This document shows, one piece after another, positions 28,612 through 38,499 of a DNA stretch of 64,000 bases. A model generated the notes under the pieces. It ran no database searches, was not told the origin of the DNA, and saw only the letters and a list, made by a program, of their open reading frames with translations. The position numbers were made by a program, and so were the translations under genes. The stretch comes from Nitrososphaerota archaeon. GTDB taxonomy: Archaea > Thermoproteota > Nitrososphaeria_A > Caldarchaeales > Calditenuaceae. Positions within the stretch are counted from its first letter, which is position 1. Every line of letters starts with the position of its first letter. The stretch is taken from assembly GCA_041641295.1 (NCBI GenBank), contig JBEPYO010000001.1, forward strand, positions 320,001-384,000, in the 5' to 3' direction.

Positions 28612-29616
28612 GTGGTTGACTTCGGGTATCATGTCCTGCCGGAGTGGTTTAGCCCCGAGAGGATAATAGAAGGCCTAGTCATGGCGGAGGAGGCCGGCTT
28701 CGCGGTCGGGTGGATAAGCGACCACTTCCACCCGTGGTTTGACGAGGGAGCACACTGCAGCTTCGCATGGACAATACTATCAACCACCGCCGAGAGAACC
28801 AAAACGATAAAACTAGGTACAGCCGTAACAGCGCCAATTCTTAGATACAATCCCGCTATTGTCGCGCAGGCGTTTGCTACGATGGATTATCTCTACCCTG
28901 GCAGGATTATCCTAGGCCTCGGGACAGGTGAGGCACTTAACGAGGTTCCAGTGGGATGTGGTTGGCCCAGCTTTAAGGAAAGGCTTGAGAGGCTTGAGGA
29001 GGCTGTTCAGATAATAAGGCTCCTCTGGAGGGGCGGATTTGTGGATTTCCGCGGAAAATACTACCGGCTGCGTGGTGCCAAGCTATACACCCTGCCCAAG
29101 TCAAGCATCCCAATCTACATAGCCGCCAGCGGCCCCTCAACGGCTTATCGGGCGGGGAAGCTGGGAGTCGGACTCATCACGCTCGCAGGCCTAGGCATAG
29201 ACTGGCTGAGGGATAATGTCTTGAGAAGCTATAGGCGTGGACTGGCAGACTCGGGGTTGGTCCAGTTGAAGCCAAGCATCGTGTGCGAAGTCATATGCTC
29301 ATACGACGAGGACGAGGAGAGGGCGTTGAAGAACTGCTGGCCCTTCGCAGCAACACTCCTACCAATAATCTTCAAGGCGAACGTACACGATCCTAGAGAG
29401 ATAGAGCAGTATGGCTACATGGTCAGAGAGGAGTTGATCAGGGAGCGCTGGATCGTTTCTCCCAACCCCGAAGACCATATAGAGAGATACTCTAAGCTTG
29501 CCGAGCTAGGCTTCACCCACATAGAGATCGTCGACATAAGCCCAGACCACAGGAAATTCATCAAGTTCTACAAGGAGAAGATACTCCCCTACTTCCAGCA
29601 GGCCAAGGGCGTTTGA
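28612..29616 (+). CDS. F420-dependent LLM class oxidoreductase (glucose-6-P dehydrogenase-like family)
   Basis: WISDHFHPW, LGTAVTAP..RYNPA, LGLGTGEALNE, IAASGP. Confidence 0.9.
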   Translation: MVDFGYHVLPEWFSPERIIEGLVMAEEAGFAVGWISDHFHPWFDEGAHCSFAWTILSTTAERTKTIKLGTAVTAPILRYNPAIVAQAFATMDYLYPGRIILGLGTGEALNEVPVGCGWPSFKERLERLEEAVQIIRLLWRGGFVDFRGKYYRLRGAKLYTLPKSSIPIYIAASGPSTAYRAGKLGVGLITLAGLGIDWLRDNVLRSYRRGLADSGLVQLKPSIVCEVICSYDEDEERALKNCWPFAATLLPIIFKANVHDPREIEQYGYMVREELIRERWIVSPNPEDHIERYSKLAELGFTHIEIVDISPDHRKFIKFYKEKILPYFQQAKGV

Positions 29617-30065
29617 CGCCATGCCCAAGGCCTCATCCTTCGTAACCCATAAGCTATGAGTAAGTGGTAGGCGGCCAAGGACCCGAATATAGGAGGGGCA
29701 ATATATAACTGATACCAGCTGCGAAGCCAAGATACATTCAGGTTTAAAAGTAAAGCGATCGGGCCTTCTAAGGCAGGTATTAAACACAATAAACCCAATA
29801 TAGCGTGGTATATCGCAAACCTCCTCGCCCTCCTCCAATCATAGTCCATGGACATGACACCATCCATCAAAGATATGGATGACATCCTAAAAAATATTGA
29901 TAACCAGCCCGCACTCAGAGTAACACCCCGTCCAACATATGGACAAACTACTAAGATGCATACGGGGCAAGCTGCGAAACCCAAGCCAGTATACACATCT
30001 AGGCAGCCAAGCAACCAGCATAACCAGCAAGAGGGCGCAGCGCATTGTGCTAAGCAGAATTCTGT
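29589..30065 (-). pseudogene. Probable remnant: Cys-rich hydrophobic peptide fragment running into a small membrane protein
   Basis: The open frame begins right after a TAA with a Cys-rich stretch, then MSMDYDW and 2 hydrophobic segments. Its 3' end collides with the LLM gene. Confidence 0.4.
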
Positions 30066-30136
30066 TTAGACGCTGTTTTTTGTATATCCGATATTTATAA
30101 AAGCATTTTTGATCCTGATAGTGATGGGTCAGGGTA

Positions 30137-30592
30137 GTGTCAATTCGGCTTCTTTTGGTAATTTTTACATTTGTGTTGTTTCCTTTGCTGGTGATAGCTG
30201 GTGTTGGATTTCTCGCTACTCAGTCTAGTGTCGAGCAGTCACGGAGAATAGTCTCTATTGAGATACCCAAGAATGCGCAGGACCCAACCCTCAATGTTTC
30301 ACTGGTTATGGTGGATGACGTTCCAGTTTCGGATGGTTGGTACCTTGTATCGTTGAGGGAGAGGCCTGCAATCCGCGTCGTCAACAAGAACGACCCCTTC
30401 GCAGCAGGAATAATCGTCTATAGGGTACTCTATTTTCCGAATGGTACGAAGTGGGGTGAGAGGGTCTATGAATCTCCCTTGTTTGGACCAGGCGAATCGG
30501 TGGTATACGAGTTCGACAGGCCTGGTGACTATGCTATCGCTACTGCTCCGTGGCCATGGCTGGGCTCAATCAAGATTAGGGTCACCCCATGA
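30137..30592 (+). CDS. Membrane-anchored cupredoxin-fold protein lacking copper ligands
   Basis: N-terminal TM helix; ESPLFGPGES..YEFDRPGDY..PWPW resembles a plastocyanin-like C-terminus. Confidence 0.65.
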   Translation: MSIRLLLVIFTFVLFPLLVIAGVGFLATQSSVEQSRRIVSIEIPKNAQDPTLNVSLVMVDDVPVSDGWYLVSLRERPAIRVVNKNDPFAAGIIVYRVLYFPNGTKWGERVYESPLFGPGESVVYEFDRPGDYAIATAPWPWLGSIKIRVTP

Positions 30593-30691
30593 ATGCGGGA
30601 CATGTCAGCCCAACTGTTACGTCGATTTTCATAGCGTTTTGTTCTAGAAACTTTATAAGACCACACGCAAAGCGCGTAATAGTATCCTTCC

Positions 30692-30958
30692 ATGTTTAAC
30701 GGCAGGGCTCGGCATGCTCAAAGGCTCTTTGGAATAGTCGGCACAATAGTATTTAGCGTCCTCATAATAGTAAGGGTTTTAGAGGGGGCTAGTCTGAGTG
30801 ATATTGTAACGCCATCGTCGTTGCTGATAATAGTCGTTATCATTTCAAGCATGTTCGTTAAACCGCCGGCTTCAATACGTCAGTATATCCCTCTAATTAT
30901 AGCTGCGGCCTTTCTGGCCGGCGTCATCATGGGTTTTCTCACTGGCTTTATTCGATAG
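30692..30958 (+). CDS. Hypothetical 3-TM membrane protein
   Basis: ATG preceded by a TTTATAA box about 30 nt upstream; three hydrophobic segments. Confidence 0.6.
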   Translation: MFNGRARHAQRLFGIVGTIVFSVLIIVRVLEGASLSDIVTPSSLLIIVVIISSMFVKPPASIRQYIPLIIAAAFLAGVIMGFLTGFIR

Positions 30959-31135
30959 GGGGCCCGCTGAAGCCAGACGACATAGACTCTATCTACCTCA
31001 TCGAGCATAGCTCGCTTGGGGTCCTAGTGCAGGAAGCGCCGCTTCATACTCCTAGTGCTTTGGACGTATATACGTTGGGCGAGGCCTGCCATGCGCCTGA
31101 GAGATTTAAATTTAGATGATTCAATAAGGCTTGGT

Positions 31136-31873
31136 ATGAGCGGAGAGGAGAGACAGGGCACTGAGCCTCAGGCCGGGGCCGAGGAGCTGAGGGTGGCTCC
31201 GGGCAGCTTCGTCGAGCTAGACCTACTGATCAAGGTGAAGGATACTGGCGAGTTGGTGGACTCAACAATCGAGGAGGAGGCGAGAAAGGCCGGCTGGACC
31301 GGCGGAAACTTCAGGCCCAGGCTGACTATAGTGGGTAAGGGGTACCTGCTAAAACCCATCGAGGATGAGCTCATCAACATGAAGGTCTCGCAGCACAAGG
31401 TGTTTGAGCTTCCTCCGGAGAGAGCCTTTGGGGCCAGAGACCCCTCCAAGGTCAAGGTAATACCACTCCGGAGGTTTAAGGATGTAGACCAGCCGCTCAC
31501 TCCCGGGATGCGGGTAATCGTGGATGGGCGTGAAGGATATATACGGAGCATAGAGTCGGGCAGGGTTCAGGTGGACTTCAACCACAGACTCGCTGGAAAG
31601 ACCCTAGTCTCGGAGGTCTGGATAAGAAGAATCCTGACAGAAGACAAGGACAAAATACTGGGAATAGTGAAGATGCTACTCCCCGAGGCGACAGACGAGA
31701 ACACAAGCGTAGAGGTCAGCAGGCCCGAAGTATCCATTAGGCTTCCCAAGGAGAGCCGAACAATCTCAGGGATACAGCTTGTAAAGCAGTCAATTGCAAG
31801 GGAGATATTCGAAAACATCGATGGGATAACAAAGGTTACATTCATAGAGGAGTATCTGAAAGAGGAAGGTTAA
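31136..31873 (+). CDS. Long-type FKBP peptidyl-prolyl isomerase (SlyD-like)
   Basis: LPPERAFGARD, GRVQVDFNHRLAGKTL, archaeal C-terminal domain. Confidence 0.92.
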   Translation: MSGEERQGTEPQAGAEELRVAPGSFVELDLLIKVKDTGELVDSTIEEEARKAGWTGGNFRPRLTIVGKGYLLKPIEDELINMKVSQHKVFELPPERAFGARDPSKVKVIPLRRFKDVDQPLTPGMRVIVDGREGYIRSIESGRVQVDFNHRLAGKTLVSEVWIRRILTEDKDKILGIVKMLLPEATDENTSVEVSRPEVSIRLPKESRTISGIQLVKQSIAREIFENIDGITKVTFIEEYLKEEG

Positions 31874-31906
31874 CTTTAAAACTGAATAATACCGATTCTC
31901 CGGCCG

Positions 31907-32101
31907 ATGGATATGGCGTGGATGGGCTCTTTCCTGCTACTCTTCTTCGGCGTCCTAGGAGTAGGTGTAGGCCTGATAATGGGCGGATACCTGACGGGGG
32001 AGAGACTCTACATTTATTTGGGCGTGACCGCGGCTCTGATCTCAACCATCCCCCTATTCCTGTCAGCCATTCTGGGTGGTTCTAAAACTGCCCAGACTTA
32101 A
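31907..32101 (+). CDS. Small 2-TM hypothetical protein
   Basis: Two hydrophobic helices; TTTAAA box upstream. Confidence 0.55.
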   Translation: MDMAWMGSFLLLFFGVLGVGVGLIMGGYLTGERLYIYLGVTAALISTIPLFLSAILGGSKTAQT

Positions 32102-32357
32102 TAGTCTCTAGGAGAGAAATGGCCAGCCATAGCTGAGTCCTGGCGAAGCTTGGGATATTACTGTCCGAGATGATCTCCTCTATCTTCTCTATCGCGTTCG
32201 CCGCCCTAACTGCGGGAGAATACTTCTCATTAAAGAGCTCCTGAGAGACCTCCTTAACCGTCCTCCTCACATTACGAGGCATCGTCATGTCATTGGCAAC
32301 CGCCTCTAAAATCTGGACAATCCTCTGGCGCTTCTCCTCCCAGGACGAGCCAGACAT
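32082..32357 (-). CDS. UPF0147 family protein
   Basis: D.TMPRNVRR..AVRAANAI..DSNIPSFARTQLW. Confidence 0.92.
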   Translation of the reverse strand: MSGSSWEEKRQRIVQILEAVANDMTMPRNVRRTVKEVSQELFNEKYSPAVRAANAIEKIEEIISDSNIPSFARTQLWLAISLLETIKSGQF

Positions 32358-32480
32358 GCCCCAACACTATCAGGCATCAGACTAACCCATTATATAAGCA
32401 TAGACTGGTCATCAAGAGCACGTTAAGAAAGTTGTTATCAGTTAATGGCTTTATAGTCGATTGACGAATCTAGCACCAGA

Positions 32481-32963
32481 GTGAACACAATAGTCGATGA
32501 GGTGGAGAATGCCCAAGACTTCGACTCCATCCTCCGCTTAGTCAAACGCGTGGTTGAAGAGAAACTGGGTATGCGGAGGGCTGGGCTCATGCTGGTAATT
32601 GCGGATGCACCGCCGGGCGTATTGGCCTTTCATGAGGTGGGCTCTAACGCCATTGTTGTGAATAGGAGGCATTTGGAGGGGTGGATGTTCGGCAAGTCAA
32701 GGGCTGAGAAAAATTCATACATCTTTGTTGTTCTCCTCCACGAGTATCTCCACAGCCTAGGAATCTTGGACGAAGTGGAGGTTAGGAGGCTGGTCAGGGC
32801 CCTCGTACAGGAATACTTTGGGCCGGGCCACATAGCCACTAGGCTGGCAAGCGGCGAGCCTGAGATGGGGAGAGAGTTTATCCAAGGAGTCTATCTCGGG
32901 AGGCCTAGGGAGCCGGTCCTAGTTAGGGATTTTGACACGGAGAACCTGAGCTATATAGGCTGA
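32481..32963 (+). CDS. Uncharacterised HExxH zinc-metalloprotease-like protein
   Basis: LLHEYLHSLG motif. Confidence 0.7.
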   Translation: MNTIVDEVENAQDFDSILRLVKRVVEEKLGMRRAGLMLVIADAPPGVLAFHEVGSNAIVVNRRHLEGWMFGKSRAEKNSYIFVVLLHEYLHSLGILDEVEVRRLVRALVQEYFGPGHIATRLASGEPEMGREFIQGVYLGRPREPVLVRDFDTENLSYIG

Positions 32964-34261
32964 TCAAGCACCCTCTTTATCTCTCCTATCAGGCAATGCC
33001 TCCGCGCATCAACCACTTCTGTCTCCACAAACCTCCCCAAAAGCTCAGCTCCACTCGCCCTAGGGAAGGCGATGGGCCTGTAAGCATAGTTCCGGCCTAT
33101 AGCCTCTCCCTTGGAACCTATCTCGTCAACTAAGACCTCGCCCCTCCATCCCACCCACTCCTCATTCTTGGCGCGAGATATTTCGTTACAAAGCCTCGTC
33201 AGGATTCTGCTCCTTTTGTTCAGCTCCTCGGGGGGAAGGGGCTTCAGTTTAGCGGCCTCCGTATGCGGCCTCGGGTAGAAGCGGGAGATGTTAACAAAGT
33301 CGGGCCTAACCTTCTCGACAAGGCTGAGCGTCTCCTCAAAGTCTTCCCAGCTCTCCGTAGGATAGCCCACTATGATGTCGGTCATCAGCGTAAGATCGCG
33401 GTGGACCTCCCTGAACATCTCAACAAACCTTATGAAATCTTTGACTGAATACCCCCTCTTCATGTCCCTGAGGACCTTATCGCTCCCGCTCTGCACGCAG
33501 AGGTGTAGAAACTTGAAGACCCGATGGTCTCTGTAGGCGTCGACCAAGCGTTTCAATTCGAGCCTCTTAAAGTGGAGGGGATTCATCATCCCCACCCTTA
33601 TGAAATACTTTCCTGGTATGTGGTCGAGGATCGAGCGTAGGAGCAGGGAGATGTCCACGCCTATGTCTCTACCATATGCTGAGCAGTCTTGGGATGTGAG
33701 CCAGACCTCCCGGCATCCCTCCCTAACAGCCCTAGCCACAGCCTCCCGAACCAGGTCAGGCCTGTAGCTAAGCAGGTTGCCCCTAGCCAGCTTTGTTTGG
33801 CAGAAGGTGCAGCCTGAAAGACATCCAGAGCTTATCTCCACGATCTCAACCGCTTTGTTCAGCCGTATGTGTGGGAGGAGAGGCTTCTCAACACCGTCAT
33901 CCGACAGATAGACTCCTCTTCCACCTCCCAACGCAACACCTACGGCCTCTACTATCTTGGAGAGGGAGCGCGGCGAGACGAGCGTAGCTCTGGGCGCGAC
34001 TCGCCCCACCACCTCCGGCTCAGCCTTAGCCATACACCCGGCCACCACTAGCGGTTTACCAAAAGATTGTAGCAGCTTAATCCTGTGAATCATCCGCTGC
34101 TCTGTCGGCGTCTTCACCACACAGGTGTTGATTATGCTAATGTCTGCCTCGCGGGGATTGTCTACAAAGACGTAGCCAGCATTCTGCAGTAGACCCATGA
34201 TTATCTGTGCGTCTTGGAGGTTAGAGGCGCATCCGTAGGTCTCGATGTATACTTTCTGCAA
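32951..34261 (-). CDS. mtaB: tRNA t6A37 methylthiotransferase (MtaB/CDKAL1 family radical SAM)
   Basis: ETYGCASN, INTC, GCLSGCTFC, VQSGSD, C-terminal TRAM domain. Confidence 0.92.
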   Translation of the reverse strand: MQKVYIETYGCASNLQDAQIIMGLLQNAGYVFVDNPREADISIINTCVVKTPTEQRMIHRIKLLQSFGKPLVVAGCMAKAEPEVVGRVAPRATLVSPRSLSKIVEAVGVALGGGRGVYLSDDGVEKPLLPHIRLNKAVEIVEISSGCLSGCTFCQTKLARGNLLSYRPDLVREAVARAVREGCREVWLTSQDCSAYGRDIGVDISLLLRSILDHIPGKYFIRVGMMNPLHFKRLELKRLVDAYRDHRVFKFLHLCVQSGSDKVLRDMKRGYSVKDFIRFVEMFREVHRDLTLMTDIIVGYPTESWEDFEETLSLVEKVRPDFVNISRFYPRPHTEAAKLKPLPPEELNKRSRILTRLCNEISRAKNEEWVGWRGEVLVDEIGSKGEAIGRNYAYRPIAFPRASGAELLGRFVETEVVDARRHCLIGEIKRVLDQPI

Positions 34262-34313
34262 ACCTCTATGCTAAAAATCAAGGAGCAGGATATTTACCTT
34301 CAACACAAACCCG

Positions 34314-34922
34314 CTAACCCACAGAATTATCAGATCCCTTCAAGAGCCTCAAGGCCCTCTCCCTAGATATCCCAAGCAGGGAGATCAGCCCCTGAGCCTC
34401 CTTGTCCGAGACGTCAGCAAGCCCTTTAGATAGCTGCCTCCAGCTCTCATACCTACTCCACGGATACAGGATCCAGCTACTGGTCTTTACAACGTAGTAA
34501 TCCGGATGGAAGGCCGTCCAAGGCTTAATGTGCAGAACAGCCGTCCTCACATCTTTGGGGGAGAGGGGGGCTAGTATCTTATTCAAGGCTGTCCAAAGCG
34601 TTTTCCCCTCATCAGAGACATCATCTACTAGCAGGACGGTGTGGTTGTCGAGGGGTGGAAGCTTGGGCCAATGATATATATGGACCTCGTCTCTATCGCC
34701 TATTCCCCTGTAACTCTTCAGGCCAAGGGGGTAGACCTCATCTATGGCGAGGATATCTGAGAGGAGGTTGGCCACGAAAAGACCACCCCTTAAAATACCT
34801 ATGATCATGTCCGGCCGATAACTACTCTCTATCCGGGATGCCAGTTCTTCAACCTCCTGCATAATATCTTCCCAAGCAAGGAGCAGGAAACTCCTTCCAC
34901 CTATCTGAACCTCTCTACCCAT
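34314..34922 (-). CDS. Purine phosphoribosyltransferase family protein
   Basis: GILRGG, LLVDDVSDEGKTL, WILYPW. Confidence 0.9.
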   Translation of the reverse strand: MGREVQIGGRSFLLLAWEDIMQEVEELASRIESSYRPDMIIGILRGGLFVANLLSDILAIDEVYPLGLKSYRGIGDRDEVHIYHWPKLPPLDNHTVLLVDDVSDEGKTLWTALNKILAPLSPKDVRTAVLHIKPWTAFHPDYYVVKTSSWILYPWSRYESWRQLSKGLADVSDKEAQGLISLLGISRERALRLLKGSDNSVG

Positions 34923-35002
34923 TTTGCGATGCTACCTCACCCTACATAGTGTGTTAGACACGTATTTTAAATGGTGCCTATGGTAGAGAACCGGCGAGAG
35001 GG

Positions 35003-36088
35003 TTGTATGATTTAGCGGTTCTGGGGGGCGGGATTGTTGGTTGTTTCTCCGCCCTAAGAGCCGCCGAGCTGGGGTTAAGAGCCGTCCTAATCGACGAGAG
35101 GGGTGTCTTCGGAGGGGCCTCGGCAAGGTCTGCAGGGGTCTTCACAGTCCAGCTAGACTCCCCACTCGACGTAGAGCTCACAGCTAAGAGCATAGAACTG
35201 GTCAAACAATACACTTCCGAGAAGGCTTGGAAGGAGACTGGGTTCCTCCAGATCGGAAAGGAGCACGCCTTAAGGGAGAGTATTGAGTCGCTTGAAAAAT
35301 GCGGGATAAGATACGAAGTTCTCAACAACCAAGAGATTATGGAAAGGTGGCCCGAGTTTACGGTCGAGCCTGAACTCATCGGAGTGTACACACACCCCGA
35401 CCTCTCTGTCGAGCCGAGGATATTAGGTCGCGAATTGAGGGAGCGGCTGATTGAGAAAGGAGTCAAGATTATTGAAGGTGTTGGGGCTAGGAGGCTAAAC
35501 GTTGTTTCTAATGAGGTCAAGGAAGTGGAACTATCAGACGGCTCGCGCATCTCTGCAAACTACTTCATTCTCGCTACAGGCCCGTGGACAAGGGAGATCC
35601 TACACAATAGCCAAATAGAGGTCCAGACATTCCTCCTCACCTGTTTTGCATACAGGCTTAACCTCGGCAGAGAATTGAACATACCGAGCTTCTCTGACGA
35701 ATACCTCCACACATACTGGCGTCCCTGGGGAGCTACGCTGGTTGGGGGAAGATATGATGCAGAATTTGCTGAAAGCCCTGACCTCTCTAATGCCCAGCCA
35801 CCGAGCAGGTCTTTAAAAATGTCTCTAAAGCTCCTGCTCAAACGGCTAAAAACCCCATCACCTCCAGAGTTGGTCGAATACATGCGCGGTCCCTGCTCCT
35901 TTACAAATGATGGGATGCCAATTTTCGGCCCCATTCCCCGTCTAATTAACGCCTACATCGTAGATGGTCTCGGCGGATATGGACTGATGAGGGGCCCTGC
36001 ACTAGGATATCTAACGGTCGATGCAATTGTCCTGAACCGCGAACTAGACAGATTTAGTGCGTATTCGCCTCTCAGGGCTTTCAGATAG
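35003..36088 (+). CDS. FAD-dependent oxidoreductase (DAO/sarcosine oxidase family)
   Basis: LGGGIVG, GASARSAG, ATGPW, DGMPIFG, GYGLMRGPALG. Confidence 0.88.
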   Translation: MYDLAVLGGGIVGCFSALRAAELGLRAVLIDERGVFGGASARSAGVFTVQLDSPLDVELTAKSIELVKQYTSEKAWKETGFLQIGKEHALRESIESLEKCGIRYEVLNNQEIMERWPEFTVEPELIGVYTHPDLSVEPRILGRELRERLIEKGVKIIEGVGARRLNVVSNEVKEVELSDGSRISANYFILATGPWTREILHNSQIEVQTFLLTCFAYRLNLGRELNIPSFSDEYLHTYWRPWGATLVGGRYDAEFAESPDLSNAQPPSRSLKMSLKLLLKRLKTPSPPELVEYMRGPCSFTNDGMPIFGPIPRLINAYIVDGLGGYGLMRGPALGYLTVDAIVLNRELDRFSAYSPLRAFR

Positions 36089-36141
36089 AGCGGGGACAAA
36101 TACTTTTATAGAGAGAAGAGAAAATAACAGTTAGCACGGAT

Positions 36142-37413
36142 ATGAATGCTAGCACTTCAGGCGTGACGAGTGGAAAACTTTTCCTAGAAACAGTTTTACA
36201 AAATGTTAAGAGAGCAACAGAGCTCGCCAACATTCCATCCGACATATACGAGTTTCTCAAAATACCTAAACGCGTGGTCATCGTATCTATACCCATAAGG
36301 GACCAGAATGGGAAAGTGACAAACTACATCGGCTATCGCGTCCAACACAATAACGCACTCGGCCCATACAAAGGTGGAATAAGATACTACCCGACTGTAG
36401 ACTTGGACGAGGTAACAGCACTAGCTATGCTGATGACTTACAAGTGTGCTGCTGTATCTCTACCCTTCGGAGGGGCAAAGGGAGGTGTTGCCTGTGATCC
36501 TAAGAAACTCTCTCTCGAGGAAATCGAGAAAATAACTCGGAGATATACCTACATGATCAGCGAAGTAATTGGCCCCTACGTCGATATCCCCGCGCCAGAC
36601 GTATACACAGATGCGAGGGTAATGGCTTGGATCATGGATACTTACAGCCAGTTGAAGGGGAGACAGGTTCCAGAGGTCGTCACGGGGAAGCCAGTCTACT
36701 TGGGCGGGTGTGAGGGGCGTGAAGAAGCCACAGGGTTCGGTGTATGCGTAACAACTAGAGAGGCTTGTAGAGTTCTCGGCATACCTGTGAAGGGGGCGCG
36801 GATAGCCATCCAAGGATTCGGAAACGTTGGCACATACGCCGCCCTCCACCTGGCAAATCTAGGTGCTAAGATAGTGGCCGTAAGCGATTCGAAGGGAGCC
36901 ATATACAACAAGGATGGATTCAACGTCGAGAAGCTCATAGCCCATAAGAAAAACACTGGCACTGTTCTAGGATTCCCAAGTGCTACACAGATCGGTGAGA
37001 AAGAATTATTGCAGCTTGACGTGGACGTCCTTATACCGGCCGCCATCGAGGGTGTGTTAACAAAGGAGGTTGCCGAAAAGGTCCAAGCTAGGATTGTCGC
37101 GGAGGGGGCTAACGGTCCGACCACAACCGAAGGCTCTCAAGTGCTTCAGGAAAAGGGGATTTTCGTCGTGCCGGATATTCTAGCGAACGCTGGAGGCGTG
37201 ACAGCTAGCTACTTTGAGTGGATTCAGAACCTTCAGAGGGAGCACTGGCCTAGAGAGAAAGTCCTGAACATGCTCGAGGAGAAGATGGTCAAGGCGTTCA
37301 ATGACGTGGTTGAGACCGCTAATAAGATGGAGATAGGAATGAGGGATGCGGTAATGGTGCTTTCAGTCTCTAGAGTGGCATTAGCCGTCCAGACACTGGG
37401 GATTTGGCCATAA
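36142..37413 (+). CDS. gdhA: Glutamate dehydrogenase
   Basis: GPYKGGIRY, LPFGGAKGG, PAPDV, QGFGNVG, EGANGP, NAGGVTASYFEW. Confidence 0.97.
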   Translation: MNASTSGVTSGKLFLETVLQNVKRATELANIPSDIYEFLKIPKRVVIVSIPIRDQNGKVTNYIGYRVQHNNALGPYKGGIRYYPTVDLDEVTALAMLMTYKCAAVSLPFGGAKGGVACDPKKLSLEEIEKITRRYTYMISEVIGPYVDIPAPDVYTDARVMAWIMDTYSQLKGRQVPEVVTGKPVYLGGCEGREEATGFGVCVTTREACRVLGIPVKGARIAIQGFGNVGTYAALHLANLGAKIVAVSDSKGAIYNKDGFNVEKLIAHKKNTGTVLGFPSATQIGEKELLQLDVDVLIPAAIEGVLTKEVAEKVQARIVAEGANGPTTTEGSQVLQEKGIFVVPDILANAGGVTASYFEWIQNLQREHWPREKVLNMLEEKMVKAFNDVVETANKMEIGMRDAVMVLSVSRVALAVQTLGIWP

Positions 37414-38135
37414 CCACCACAGACTATCTGTCTTTTTTTAACTCGGCAACACTACTCCTAACCCTCTTTTATGCCTCCTACCGAGACCTTAACGAGAGGC
37501 TTGTCGACGACTGGGTCTGGCTCACCTGCGCATCGATAACAACGCCCATCACAGCCTATTCCTTATTACTAGGAAGCCTGAACCCGCTGCTAGCCATTGT
37601 CTCCATAGCCTTAACGATCGTGCTCTCCGTTCTATTCTACATGGCCGGACTCTACGGCGGCGCTGATGCAAAGGCGTTGATAGTTATAGGCCTCGCATCC
37701 CCCCTCAGTACAGGTGGAGAAAGATACCACCCATTCACCCCATTAAGTGTCCTCCTTAACGGACTAATAATCTCGCTCGCTATACCAGCAACCCTCGCAC
37801 TAATCAACACCTACAGGGTCCTCATAAGGAGGGAGGACATTTTCCGAGAATTCAAACATGAGAAAACCCACCGGAAAATATTGGCAATCTTTCTGGGAAC
37901 AGTTCTAAAAAACCCTGAGAAACGAAAATACTGGGCTCCTATGGAGGAGTTTAGCGGGGAGTGGCGGTTTAGATTCACGGTCGGTATCGAAGAGTTCTGG
38001 CGGCCGCTAAGGCCCGGCGGGTGGGCAACACCGTCGATACCACTTCTTGTGCCAATGCTCGGAGGCTTACTGCTAAACTATGCGATCGGAGACTTATCGG
38101 CGCTACTTGTTAAACTACTGACCCTTCGTGGCTAG
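37404..38135 (+). CDS. A24 family prepilin/prearchaellin peptidase (PibD/FlaK-like)
   Basis: ASYRD and GGADAK catalytic aspartates; C-terminal W.TPSIPLLVP; multiple TM helices. Confidence 0.88.
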   Translation: MAITTTDYLSFFNSATLLLTLFYASYRDLNERLVDDWVWLTCASITTPITAYSLLLGSLNPLLAIVSIALTIVLSVLFYMAGLYGGADAKALIVIGLASPLSTGGERYHPFTPLSVLLNGLIISLAIPATLALINTYRVLIRREDIFREFKHEKTHRKILAIFLGTVLKNPEKRKYWAPMEEFSGEWRFRFTVGIEEFWRPLRPGGWATPSIPLLVPMLGGLLLNYAIGDLSALLVKLLTLRG

Positions 38136-38447
38136 CCTCTCAATCTCCCTGAACGAGATACCCAGACTCAAGACCTTCCTCAGCGGCTTAACAACAGTCT
38201 TTAAAATCTTCTCAGCAGCTATTCTCCTAGCTACAACAGTTTTACCTTTCCTAGTGAGCGCCCACTTCCTCGACCTCCTAGTACCCAGAGGCTTGATCAG
38301 CCCCTTCCTCTTCATCTTATTCAGTGAAAGATATAATGTCGGCTTCTTCAGTTTTGTGACCCGCTCGATGTCTCGTATCGACTTCTCACCTTTGATTAAA
38401 GCCTTCATGATTATAGGCTCTGACGAGCCTTTGGGAAGCCTCTTCAT
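38115..38447 (-). CDS. Basic winged-helix DNA-binding protein
   Basis: KSIRDIERVTKLKKPTLYLSLNKMKRKGLI..WALTRKG. Confidence 0.8.
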   Translation of the reverse strand: MKRLPKGSSEPIIMKALIKGEKSIRDIERVTKLKKPTLYLSLNKMKRKGLIKPLGTRRSRKWALTRKGKTVVARRIAAEKILKTVVKPLRKVLSLGISFREIERLATKGQ

Positions 38448-38499
38448 GCCGTAGAATTATTAAAGCACGTTCTATATAAAATTTATTTTCCCACCATAA

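Noticed and set aside
30959-31135. Possible hairpins or a short ORF (KPDDIDSIYLIEH...) upstream of the FKBP gene
   Set aside because: There is no canonical start, box motif or recognisable family, so it cannot be supported.
32372-32416. TGATGA...CTGA on the minus strand resembling a C/D sRNA
   Set aside because: It is too short, has no internal boxes or terminal stem, and overlaps the likely TATA box of the UPF0147 gene.
38128-38454. Hydrophobic plus-strand ORF that looks like a membrane protein
   Set aside because: It is the antisense of the Lys-rich wHTH gene (AAA/AAG codons read as Phe/Leu). The minus-strand ORF has an ATG and an upstream TATA-like box.
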